NCBI GenBank assembly: GCA_049322915.1
Contig: JBMOPW010000014.1
Location: 64,001 to 128,000 of the forward strand
Reading direction: 5' to 3'
Length of the DNA stretch: 64,000 nucleotides
From: Candidatus Zhuqueibacterota bacterium
Lineage (GTDB): Bacteria > Zhuqueibacterota > Zhuqueibacteria > Thermofontimicrobiales > Thermofontimicrobiaceae
A program made the position numbers and the translations under genes. A model generated the notes under the pieces. That model had not been told where the DNA came from. It did not search any database and saw only the letters and a list, made by a program, of their open reading frames with translations. Shown here piece by piece: positions 19,238 to 30,200 of this stretch (positions are counted from its first letter, which is position 1; each line of letters opens with the position of its first letter).

Positions 19238-20026
19238 CTATTGTTTTTCAACTCCCCAAACGGCGGTCTCTATTTTTGTCATCGACTTCCGCGCGGCGTC
19301 ATAACCGCGCTGGAACAGGGCGTCGGCCTGACGAAAATCATGGGGATTGAGCCCCTGCAAATCCGGAATAATCGTCACATCGCCGTTTGGCGCATGGAGC
19401 GCAATCTGGTTCAATGCCAGTTGGGACGAAGTGATCAAAACCTGAATGATGCTATCCGGCGCTTTTTTCGTCGAAACAGGCGGAAGCAATTTCACGGCAA
19501 TGACGCACTGAGCGCCCATTTCCCGAACCACGTTCGTCGGGATAAAGTTGAGCACGCCGCCATCGACGAAAATTTTTTTATCGATCACCATCGGGGTGAA
19601 CACGCCGGGAATCGCGCAACTGGCGCGAACCGCCTGGGAGACCGGCCCATACTTGAAAATTTTCTCTGTGCCCGAGGTTAGTTCCACGGCAATGGCTGCA
19701 AATTTTTTGGGAAGCATCGGGATGTCAATCGGTCCCAGTTCTGATTCGATGAATCGCTCCAGCAGGGAACTGTCCAGCAGGCCCAGTTTGGGCAGGGTGA
19801 GTTTGCTGATTTTGGTCCACGAAAGCTGTTTCACAATTTCGAACATGCGCTCGCTGGTGTAGCCGGCGGCTAAAAAGGCGCCGACAGCCGAGCCGGCGCT
19901 GGTTCCGGCAACGATGTCGATGGGGATATTGTTTTCTTCCAGCGCTTTGATCACACCGATGTGGGCGATTCCCAAAACAGCGCCGCCGCTGAGCGCCAAT
20001 CCAATTTTTTTATTCTGTTTTTCCAT
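19238..20026 (-). CDS. Patatin-like phospholipase (RssA/NTE family)
   Basis: LSGGAVLGIAHIG, GTSAG nucleophile elbow, DGG. Confidence 0.93.
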   Translation of the reverse strand: MEKQNKKIGLALSGGAVLGIAHIGVIKALEENNIPIDIVAGTSAGSAVGAFLAAGYTSERMFEIVKQLSWTKISKLTLPKLGLLDSSLLERFIESELGPIDIPMLPKKFAAIAVELTSGTEKIFKYGPVSQAVRASCAIPGVFTPMVIDKKIFVDGGVLNFIPTNVVREMGAQCVIAVKLLPPVSTKKAPDSIIQVLITSSQLALNQIALHAPNGDVTIIPDLQGLNPHDFRQADALFQRGYDAARKSMTKIETAVWGVEKQ

Positions 20027-20198
20027 AGATATTTTTTTTTATTGATTCATTATGCCTTGAAGGATCGAAGACTCTTAGAAAAAAAATGAAAATAGGAGAT
20101 GGGAAGTCATTCCAATTTTTGTATTTGCTTCCAAAGATTTTCTGTTACTGAAAATTTCCGAGACTTTGAGACGTCGCGGCAAGGCAGATTTAAAAATG

Positions 20199-21479
20199 TC
20201 ACCTTGCCAGATAACCGAATTTATTTCGGAACGCTTCCGGTGTCATTTTGGCGACCTTTGCCAGTTTGGAAAGGTCGTCCGGCTCATCGAAATTTGCTTT
20301 CTTCAATTTGATCATGTATTCCTGGGCCACGGCGTAGGAGTCGGTCGTCGTGTCCACGTAGCGCAGTCTCGTCTTCCCTGTCTTCGGGTCGATGAGGGAG
20401 TCGATCGGGATCGGCGCCAGTTTCCCGGCGTCAACGCAGATCAGCGCAGCATTCAGATTGTCGTACTTCTCGTTCAATAAAAACTGCATGGCCGAATAAC
20501 CCAGGTCGCGGACATATTCGCAATCGAAGGGAATGGGTGGCGCGCAGCGCAATTCATAGCCAATATTGATCTCGACGAGGTGAATTTTTTCGTCGCGCCG
20601 GGCGAACCGGCGCTCTAATTCCAGCTTGATGATTTTGCCCAATTCAATTTCAGACATGCGAATGTTGCCATAATCATCATGTTTGATGATCACGCCGGGA
20701 ATGCGGCGCAATTCCTCTTCGGAAAATTTCGTGGCGATTCCCTCTGCGATCAACGCCACACCATCGTTGCGCCCCATGGTCTTTCGCTTCATCATGGCGC
20801 CTTCGATGACATCGCACACGTGCCCGAGGGTGACATGCGGTTCGGGAAACTCCTCTCTGATAATGGCAAGTGTGGCCCCGGCCGCTTTGCAGATTCCTAG
20901 GGTGAGATGTCCGGCCTTCAGACCCATGGTGACGATGATGTACCAGCGGTTGCTGGTGCGGGAATCCTCCATGATATTTTGAACAAGCGTCACCCCGACA
21001 TGCCTGGCTGTCTCGTAGCCAAATGTCGGAATTTTGTTCGGCAAGGGCAGATCATTGTCGATCGTTTTGGGGACATGGGCAATTTTTAATTCATGGCCAA
21101 TTATTTTATTCAATTGATGCACAGCGAAAATCGTGTCATCCCCGCCGATAGTGATGAGATAGTTCAATCCCAACTGCTGAATTGCTTTCACGGTATTCTC
21201 CAGCAAAAGGGAACTCGTGGTTGGATTGGCGCGGGAGGTGCGTAAAATCGAGCCGCCGGTGAAATGAATTCTGGAAACATTGGAGATTTCCAGTTCTGTG
21301 ATGTGCTCGGTATTCCCCTGTTGCAGCCACTCAAAACCGTCCATGATACCGACGACACGTAGCCCGGCATTTTCGGCCTCGATGGTCGCCGCTGCGATGA
21401 CGCCATTGATCCCCGGAGCCGGGCCGCCTCCCACCAGAATTCCCAGTGTGCCTCGAGAGCCCATCGTCGTACTATTCAT
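20199..21479 (-). CDS. pfp: Pyrophosphate-dependent 6-phosphofructokinase
   Basis: GGGPAPGIN, GGDD and PKTIDND (the Asp/Lys pair associated with PPi use), GYELRC. Confidence 0.88.
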   Translation of the reverse strand: MNSTTMGSRGTLGILVGGGPAPGINGVIAAATIEAENAGLRVVGIMDGFEWLQQGNTEHITELEISNVSRIHFTGGSILRTSRANPTTSSLLLENTVKAIQQLGLNYLITIGGDDTIFAVHQLNKIIGHELKIAHVPKTIDNDLPLPNKIPTFGYETARHVGVTLVQNIMEDSRTSNRWYIIVTMGLKAGHLTLGICKAAGATLAIIREEFPEPHVTLGHVCDVIEGAMMKRKTMGRNDGVALIAEGIATKFSEEELRRIPGVIIKHDDYGNIRMSEIELGKIIKLELERRFARRDEKIHLVEINIGYELRCAPPIPFDCEYVRDLGYSAMQFLLNEKYDNLNAALICVDAGKLAPIPIDSLIDPKTGKTRLRYVDTTTDSYAVAQEYMIKLKKANFDEPDDLSKLAKVAKMTPEAFRNKFGYLAR

Positions 21480-21626
21480 GTGGATCGCTCCTTGAAATCA
21501 TAGTGATTGTTCGTTTCGGGTAATGTAATGATAAAGAAATTTTTTTGCAAGTAATATTTAAGTAAAATTCATAAAAATTCTTGACTTTGGTAGTATTTTA
21601 TTGTAATTTAAAACCGCTTAAAAACC

Positions 21627-22190
21627 GTGGTGAGCGACCTAATTCATAGCAATCAGCCAAAGAAAAATTTCAGGAATATGGACAAAACGTATCGTGAATC
21701 ACGCTTGACAATTCTTGGATTGTTATTTTCTCTCTTCGTATTGTTTCTCTTCAGTAAAATTTTTATCGCCTCCATCGAATCGGAGAACGGTCTGTTCATC
21801 CTTTTGATGGCGGTGGTGTGTCTGTTATGGTTGAAGGTCATTTATAACAGCATTCATAATATTTTCAAAAAAATAGTGGTTCGGCCCCAGGGTCTTTTCA
21901 TCTATAACTCCTGGAAATCACACGACATTCGATGGGAACAAATGAGAGAGTTTGGCCGAATTGAAAAGAAGAAATTTTTCAGATCGGTCGAGGATTCCTG
22001 GGAATACTACCTGATAAAAGGGGACGATAAGAAACGACCGATAAAATTGGGCGATTCAGGTTTTAAGGGCATGGATGAAATCGTTGCCGTGATTCTGAAG
22101 AAGGCGAAACATGCGACGTGCGTGACAAAGAAGAATGTCGCTCCAATCCCGTGGATGAAGAAATTCGAGACGATCTCCTGGGAGCAGTAG
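21627..22190 (+). CDS. Hypothetical 2-TM membrane protein (start possibly 21678)
   Basis: Two hydrophobic helices then a soluble beta-rich part (IRWEQM), bacterial PH-like. Confidence 0.6.
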   Translation: MVSDLIHSNQPKKNFRNMDKTYRESRLTILGLLFSLFVLFLFSKIFIASIESENGLFILLMAVVCLLWLKVIYNSIHNIFKKIVVRPQGLFIYNSWKSHDIRWEQMREFGRIEKKKFFRSVEDSWEYYLIKGDDKKRPIKLGDSGFKGMDEIVAVILKKAKHATCVTKKNVAPIPWMKKFETISWEQ

Positions 22191-22403
22191 TCGACCGCAT
22201 TTTACGTGACGGCAAGTTCATTCGATGCGCGAACTGCAGCGGTTGAGTTGAATGACTTTTTGAATTCTGATGCCTGTCCGTTGTTGGCGCTGAATCAGGC
22301 AATTTTTCAGGAACAATTTTTCCATCAGGGAATTTACTCATTTGAATAATGCAGGTGAAAGAAAACCATTTATAAAAATCATCAAAATGCAAAGGAAAAA
22401 ACT

Positions 22404-22886
22404 ATGAACAACGAAGAAAAAACAGGGACCCGGAAAGCTTTTTTGACAGGCTTAATCGTGGGTGGATTGGTTGGCGCCGGGATAGCGCTGTTAACTGCGC
22501 CCAAGAGCGGCAAAGAAATGCGGAAAGATATTAAAAAGGCATCATCGGATCTGAAGCACGATGCGGGAGTTCTTTATGCAGAAACCAAAGAGCGCGCAGC
22601 AGACATTCTGGAAGAGGGTCTGAAGCGAGCTGAAAAATTAAAAAAAGAAGCTGAGGAAAGGCTGGCTGAAGCGAAGCACAAAGCCGCCGAGATTATCGAA
22701 GAGAGCAAACGGCTGGCTGAGGAAGTAAAGCATCGAGCGGAACGCGCCTATGCCGAAACCAAAGAAGCAGTCGAAGAGGGCAAACATTCTGTTCAAAAAG
22801 GGACGAGCAAAATAAAGCAGGTCATTGAGTCCACCAAACAGGCTTTTCATGACGAGTCGGGCAGCGAAAAGACGAAAAAAGCCTAA
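22404..22886 (+). CDS. YtxH-like protein
   Basis: FLTGLIVGGLVGAGIALLTAPKSGKEMR then coiled coil. Confidence 0.9.
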   Translation: MNNEEKTGTRKAFLTGLIVGGLVGAGIALLTAPKSGKEMRKDIKKASSDLKHDAGVLYAETKERAADILEEGLKRAEKLKKEAEERLAEAKHKAAEIIEESKRLAEEVKHRAERAYAETKEAVEEGKHSVQKGTSKIKQVIESTKQAFHDESGSEKTKKA

Positions 22887-22901
22887 GGCGCGGAGGCTAA
22901 A

Positions 22902-23282
22902 ATGATCCTTGAAATTAGTGTCGCCATCATTGCTTTTTTTGTGGTTGTCTTTGTCATCGGATTGCTGATCGTTTTGTTCCAAATACGACGCACTGCCATC
23001 GAAGCGGAGAAACTGCTGGATACAACCCGCCAGCACATTGCGCCGCTGTCCCACGATCTGGCGATTATTTTCAATGACGTGAAAAAGATCGTCGAATCCA
23101 TTAAGGGGCAGGTCGAGAAGGTGGACGAAGGCGTCTCTGATTTGAGAGAGGCGGCGAGACGCATCAGCGAATTCGAAAAAATGCTGCAAGAGAAGCTGGA
23201 GAAGCCGATCGTTGAGTTTTCCGCGTTATTCACTGCCATTGCCAAATTGCTTCGGTCGCTCGTTGATTTCTGGAAACGGTGA
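22902..23282 (+). CDS. DUF948 (YoxC/YtxG-like) membrane protein
   Basis: ILEISVAIIA N-terminal TM plus amphipathic helices, adjacent to YtxH. Confidence 0.75.
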   Translation: MILEISVAIIAFFVVVFVIGLLIVLFQIRRTAIEAEKLLDTTRQHIAPLSHDLAIIFNDVKKIVESIKGQVEKVDEGVSDLREAARRISEFEKMLQEKLEKPIVEFSALFTAIAKLLRSLVDFWKR

Positions 23283-23428
23283 CAGATGGCAATTTTCAGA
23301 ATCGATACTGCCGCGATTCCGATCAGCGGTTTGGTAATGAGGAGACTTTGACCCGGGGCGCAGCATCTTACCGTGGCGGAAGTATATTGGAGTACACGAG
23401 GAAAATCACCAATTGGAGGTTAAAATTC

Positions 23429-24019
23429 ATGATGAAAAACCGAATAATAAAAAGTGCTGAATTGGCTGCAACGATAATCGCCGGTGTCCTGCTGGGATTT
23501 TCATGCAGCGTCAAAGCGCCCGAAGTCAATATTACCGGCGAAAAGACAGCGCTGGAAAACCAGGTCATCGGCACCTACCAGGAAATCGAGGAGGAAGCCT
23601 GGACGTTAACATCGGTGAGGTCGACAAACCCGGGGCAGCAGGCGCCGGTCATGTCGCAGGAGAAGAAGCGCGTTTTCGAGGCGGTGCAGGGCCGGAAGTT
23701 CAACAAAGATGATATCGATGAATTCAAAAAGTCAGAAATTGTAGGTGAAGGCAATGATGGCATGCTGGTCATTCGAAATGAAGAAAAACTGAATGCCGAC
23801 TCCGAGTTGAAAAACCGGGTGACGACCATCGTCGAAAATGAGAATGGTTATCGGAAGATTATTATGGAACGAATTGTCATTTTGAATGAACAGGCCTCGG
23901 AAGCCGGCACGACCAGTGTCGGGAAAATTTTCGCCAGGATGAACCAGGACAATTCCGCAGAGGGAACCTGGGTTCAATTGGACGATGGAAACTGGGTTAA
24001 AAAGGGATCCCAAAAATAG
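23429..24019 (+). CDS. DUF1318/YdbL-like lipoprotein
   Basis: GGAGG RBS, signal peptide ending GFSC, VGEGNDGML, IVENENGYR, GTWVQLDDGNWVKK. Confidence 0.8.
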   Translation: MMKNRIIKSAELAATIIAGVLLGFSCSVKAPEVNITGEKTALENQVIGTYQEIEEEAWTLTSVRSTNPGQQAPVMSQEKKRVFEAVQGRKFNKDDIDEFKKSEIVGEGNDGMLVIRNEEKLNADSELKNRVTTIVENENGYRKIIMERIVILNEQASEAGTTSVGKIFARMNQDNSAEGTWVQLDDGNWVKKGSQK

Positions 24020-24204
24020 AGCGCTCAGATTCGGACCGAAGCGCCGCACTCATGTGAGCTTTCACTGCGCGGTGCAGGAAAATATTTATCCCAACGATTG
24101 TATCCCCGATAAAAGATCATGCCTGGATTTCATGCATGATCTTTATTTTTTCTACTCAAAATTTTTTGTTCTTCAGGCATTCATTTTAAAACGGGCAGGA
24201 TGGC

Positions 24205-27200
24205 ATGTGGGTCAGGAGAATTGTTCTTAGTCTTGTGTTCATAGTGTCCGCTTGTTCCATCAAGGCGGAGTTGAAGCAACCCATTTCCACGGACGAAAAA
24301 ACGACGGCTGCGCCAAGTCAGTTTTTCGATCTTTCCCAGGTGTATCAACAGGTGACCACGCACCCGGAAATGGACGTATTCCCGGCGATCTCGCCAAACG
24401 GCCAGTGGCTGGCGTTCGCTTCGAGACGAAGCGGCAATATGGACATCTGGGTGAAATCAACCACCGGCGGACCGGCTTTTCAAATCAGCACGCATCGTTC
24501 GGATGACGTCATGCCGACCTGGTCGTCCGATGGAAAGAAGCTCGTGTTCGTTTCATTCCGGGAAGATGCGGCCGGCGATTTATGGAGCGTTTCTCTTCGT
24601 GAAAAATACCGCGAATTGGTGGCGAAAGGCTCCCCGAAAAAACTGACTACCTACCTGGGTACGGATGTCTCCCCTAATTTCTCGCCCAATGGAAAATATA
24701 TCGCATTCACCTCCGATCGGGGAGGAGCGAACAATATTCATGTGCTGCACCTGAAACGGAAGAAAATTTTTCAGATTACCCGGAATGGCGCCATTCATCC
24801 CAACTGGTCGCCGGACGGAAAGCGAATTGTGTACGTCTCCTTCTCAGAGAACCCGGAGCGCAATGGTCAGGTCTTTTTCTCCGAATTGAATTTCAAGTCT
24901 GATGAGCCAGTCGTTGTCCGCGAAGTTGCGGTCACGACCGGCGCCTCGAACGACGCTTTTCCCGCATGGAGCTCTGACGGGAAGAGTGTTCTTGTCACGC
25001 GCTATGATCGCGATACCAATCATGACGGCGCTATAAATCCGGATGACCTGCCGAACCTGTGGAAAATAATTGTTGACCAATCCGATGGATCACAAGCCAG
25101 CCTGCTAAATCCAGCCGAAATTGACACCGCCTCGCTTCCGCTTCACGATGCTCGGGTATTTCGGGAGATGCAGTTGCTGCCGTCGCTGCATTATGACTAT
25201 CAACCTGTGTGCAGCCACGATGGAAAAGTGTATTACATTTCCCAGCGCAGCGGCAATGAGGATATCTGGGCTGTGCCGGAAGACGGCCCAATTCCCCGTC
25301 AGAAAGAGGGTTTTTTACAATATCAATTTGCATCGAGCTATTTTCCGCTTCCAGAGACTGATTTGATTTTCGTGAAAAATCATGCGACAGAGACCCGGGA
25401 GCAATTGGAAACCCGATTGATTGCTTTTCAACGGCTGAACGATTTTTTCCCGGAAGAAGATATCTGGGTCGGCTGGTCGCTCTACGAAATAGCGCGGACA
25501 TACGCTGCGCTGGAAATGACGACCATTGCCGGAACGTATCTTGAAGAGATCATCCGGCAGCATCAGGATAATCAGGAACTCGTTGGCCATGCAGAGCTGA
25601 AATTGTACGAGTTGAAGTACAAAGCCGGAAGCGGTCACCTGGAACCGCAGGTACAGGCGCTCGATGGCATCGCTGCGAAATATCACAACGCGCCGGCCAT
25701 CGCCGCGAAGGCGGAATTTTTCAAAGGGGAGACCTATTTTTTGGCCGGCCGGGAGTCGGCTGCTTTACAGGCGTTTAAAAGCCTGGTTGAGAAGTATTCG
25801 GATCAGACTCATTTCTGCGCCCAGGCGCAAATTCTGATTGGGGACATCTATGCCGGTTTCGGCGAACGGGAAGAAGTGGCGAGCGCCTATTTGCACGTCG
25901 TTCAGAATTATCCCCGGGAAGCCCACTGGATCGATGTGGCGCTGGATAAAGTGTTGGCCTTGCAGCGCGTCGAAGATTCATTTTCGAAAATTACCGGCTA
26001 CCGCGCCATTTTAACCCAATACAAACCGTACGACCGGTTGTTAGCGCGGACGCAATTGAAGATAGGCGAGGAGTTTTTTCATCAGCAGCAATTTGATGCA
26101 GCGATTCAGGAATTGACACTGGTGGAAGCGCAGTATCCGCAGCAGCGGGAAGAAATCGCCCGGGCCTCGCTCATCATCGCCCGGGTCTACCGCCGGATGA
26201 GCGAAGAATTAATGGCCATTTCGACCTATAAAAAAGTCATCCAGGATTTTGGCGATGTGCAAAGCGGCCTGTACGTGGTTCAGGCCAAAGAAGAACTGCT
26301 TGAGTTATACCTCCAGAGCGGCGACCGTTATCGCATGGCCGGCGATATGCAGGCTGCAAATTCCCGGTATCGCGGCGCCATTCAAATCATGCCTGGATCT
26401 CTGGATGCCCATCGGGGGCTGGTTGCCACCATGTACAGCCTCGGTGATATTGATGAGGCGGTGAAAAATTATGAAAAAGTCTGCCTGAAAAATCCTGACG
26501 ATGAGACCATGCGGTACATCCTGGGGCTGTGCTATTCCTATCAGGCGACTGAGGCAAGCGACCGAAGCGGCAGTCTCGATGATTTCAAGATCGGGCTGAT
26601 GAAAAAATCGAATGAGGCCATCGAAGATGCGTTGTCTAAAAATTATCGGCTCATTCCGGCCTATTTGACGCTGAGCTTCAATTATGAGGCGATTGAAAAG
26701 TATGAGCGGTATCAGCGGATGAAGCCATCGGGATTTTTCAAATCAATGGCAACGACAACGATTGCCCCGATACAATCGATTTATCGCATGCTGACATTTC
26801 AAAAAGAAAAAACGCCGCAGCGCTGGTTTGAAGAGGCCATTGACGTGCTCATCACAGCGATTTCCCTCAATGATGAAACAGTGCATCCGAATCTTGAGAG
26901 TGAGCTGGCCCTGAACCTGGCTTCCAATTATTACAATTTGCAGGAGTTTGGGTTTGAGCGGGCCTATTATTACTATCACGTGAAAATGCAATACGACGCC
27001 TCGTTTGCGAATCAACGGACCGAGGCGGAGATCTATAAACGTATGGGCCATTGCGCGCTGGTCGTTGAGGATTTTCAAAAAGGGCCGGTCTATCTGAAAA
27101 AGGCCATTGATTTGTACTCCGCGCTGGGGGACGAACAGAATAAGCTGCTCAATATCAAACGATTGGCGCTCCTCTATCAGCTTGCCGGTGAAAACAAAGA

Positions 27201-30200
27201 CAGTGATGACATCGCTGAATCGGTTGAATACGAGAAATCAGTGGACTATTTCAAAATGGCGGCGGCTCTGGATGAAAAAGCCCGGCGGTATAATATGCTC
27301 GAAGTGGGGTATCGGAGCATTGCCTATAATTATCAGGTTTTAAACGACGAGGATGAATCGGTTCGCTATGCAGAAAAAGCGCTGGATCTGATTCGGCAGG
27401 GAAAAGTCACAGAGGTCAAAGCAAAGCCAAACTGGATAAAGATCGGGATTCTGGGCGTCGAATTTCCAGTCTGGAATCTCGGCCAGATTGGAACAGGCGC
27501 GTCCACCGCCGCTGAAGGCTTCACCACGGATGAAGAAGTGGCGCTACTGTACTCAATCATTGGAAACGCCCATTTGACAAAGCGATCCATCGATGGGGCG
27601 CTTCTGTACATGGAAAAGAAGCTGCACATCTACCGGGAGCGGGAGGACAGACTTGCCGAAGCGATCATTTTGAACAACATGGGCTATCTGAACTACATCG
27701 ATTTCAGATATGATTTAGCCTGGCAACATTTTAAAAAATCGCTTCTCCTTTGCAATGAAGAAAAAAATGTTCCCGGCGCCCTGGCCAATATCTACAATCT
27801 GGGTCGGTTGGGCGTATTCATTTCGAATTTCAATGCCCTGCCGACGCAATGGAGGCAGGATACGCTGCAGCAGGACATTGTGCTGAGGACCTCAGAATAT
27901 CAATCGGCAAGCCTCGATTACCTCAGGCAGGGACTTGAACTCATTGAAAAAGAGCAGCTCGGCTACACTCAGGAGAAGATGCAGATTTACAATATCCTTG
28001 GGACTATTCATTTCATTAATAATTCAACCGCGGCAAATGGGTTCGCTGATGATGAATACGAGCGGATCCAGCGTCAGCTCGAACAACTGGATGGCTACTC
28101 TGTAGCCGATAGTTGTTACCGAATCGCGCTGGATCTGGCGCTACAGGAGAATTCCGAGCGGTTCCAGATCACGGTTCGGAATAACCTCGGAAACCTGGCC
28201 TTCGCTGTTGGCGATATAGATGATAGCATCGGGCAATTTACAGTGGCCAGGGAACTGGCCATCAAACAAAATTGGCACTCGCAGCTTTGGAAGATCGATT
28301 TTATTCTGGGACGAATATTCTCGGTTCATGGGGACGCCTCCCCTGTTTCAACGCAACATCATGACGCTTCGTTTTATTTCAATGAAGCGATCGTTTCGCT
28401 TGAACGGGATACCTATCAGTTTCGGGCAGCTAATCTCTCGCCGTTTTATCTGGCCCAGGTGCGGCAGCTTTACGAAGAGGTGGTTGATTTTGAAATTGCC
28501 AATGGGAATTTCATCAGCGGCCTGAGACTGACCGAGCAGTTCCACGGCAAGCAATTTCTCGACGTCGTGAGCGGCCATAAATTACAATTGAAAAAAGAGC
28601 GCCATAAAATATTTTTGGGCAATGCCAAATTCCTCGTTGAAGAGCTGGCATCGCTGGATCAGCGGATAAAAAACGCGGCAAAGAGAGAAGAGCCGAGTCG
28701 GCAGAAATTAGCCCAGTGGATTGACACGAAGAGAAGATATGAACAGGAATATCAGGAACTCCTGAAGGATTTAAAAGAAGAGGATCCGGAATTGGAGGCG
28801 TTCATCCATGTCGAACCGGTCACGTTCAGGCAGGTGCAGGAATGTCTCGGCCCGAAATCGCTCATCGTGGACTATTTCATGACCGACTCCGGCGTTCATA
28901 TCTGGCTCGTCAGCGCCGACTCGGTGAACCATGTTCGCGTGGAAATCTCCCGGGAGAGGCTGGAGCAATCGATCTCGGCTTTTTGCGCTTCACTGGAATC
29001 CTCGGTCGCAGACACAGTGGCCGCCTCCGAGATGTCCCGGGTTTTCATCGACCCGGTGAAACAGCGTTTAGCTCCGTACACGAATATCATCGTCGTGACT
29101 GATGGGCTCATTCGCATGATCCCCTTTTCCTATTTGATCAATTTTACCGGCGATGAAGCATCGCGCCTGAAGACTGTGTCAACCGCGCCGTCGCTGGCGA
29201 ATTATTATTTCGGTTACGGGAAGAGAAAAATCCGGGGATCAAATCTGCTGCTGGTCACAGATCAGCCCAAAGCCGGGCAAGACTTCATCGGCTTTAACGC
29301 CGTCAGGCTGGACGCTTCCACTCCCGCAGACGACAGGAAAGGCCGATTCGTCGAAGCGCTCCAGCAATCGGATATCATCTTTTTCGATGCGGAGCTGGAC
29401 GGGCGAATCGTGGATCCGCTGATGGCGCAGATAGCGCCCCGCTTGCCGGGCAAGCCATTCAGTTTCACGCTGAAAGATTTTTACTCAATGGATCTGGCGG
29501 CGTCCGTCGTCGCCATCAACGGCCATCAGGAATCCGGACAAGTCTCTTCGCTGATTCTTGAGAGGGCATTGATGTATGCCGGAGCGCCCAGTATTGTCCA
29601 ATCGTTGTGGCCCGGCAGTGATGCACGATTCTGGAACCACTTCTTTGAAGCGCTCCAGGATTATCCTCCGGCAAAAGCCCTTGTAAAAGCTCAGGAAACG
29701 CTGAAGAATGAAGGCGCGCCGACCGAAGTCTGGGCCGGCTATCAGGTGGTTGGTTTTGAGGGCATGACCGATGATCAGGAGCAGCAGTTCGCCAGGGACA
29801 GTTTTCAATTGACAGTGAACGATGCATCGGACGATTTTCAAAAGGAAAAATGGGGCGATGCGGTTAAGAAATTTGAACAGGCGCTGATAATGGCCAAAAA
29901 GGAGGGGAATCCCGAGGCGATTGCCGACCTGCAAACCATCATCATTCAAAGCGCGGCGCGGGCGGGAAACTATGACAAAGCCATTCAGTTCCAGCTTGAC
30001 CTGATCGGGAAAGCAGAGAATGAAGGGGCCGTTCAGCAACTCATTGAAGGCTATAACAATTTATTCGTCTTTTACACCAACAGCGGGAACTACGAGCGGG
30101 CGATATTTTTCCAGAATAAATTTTTGGAGTTAGCCAAGGCATACAATCAGCCGACGGAAATCGCCGGGTCCTATTACAAATTGGGACTGGTCCATGAGCG

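Noticed and set aside
22190..22320. Weak intergenic hairpins before YtxH
   Set aside because: Short imperfect stems with no recognisable motif or U tract.
23279..23428. N-terminal extension of the DUF1318 ORF
   Set aside because: RBS and signal peptide point to ATG 23429.
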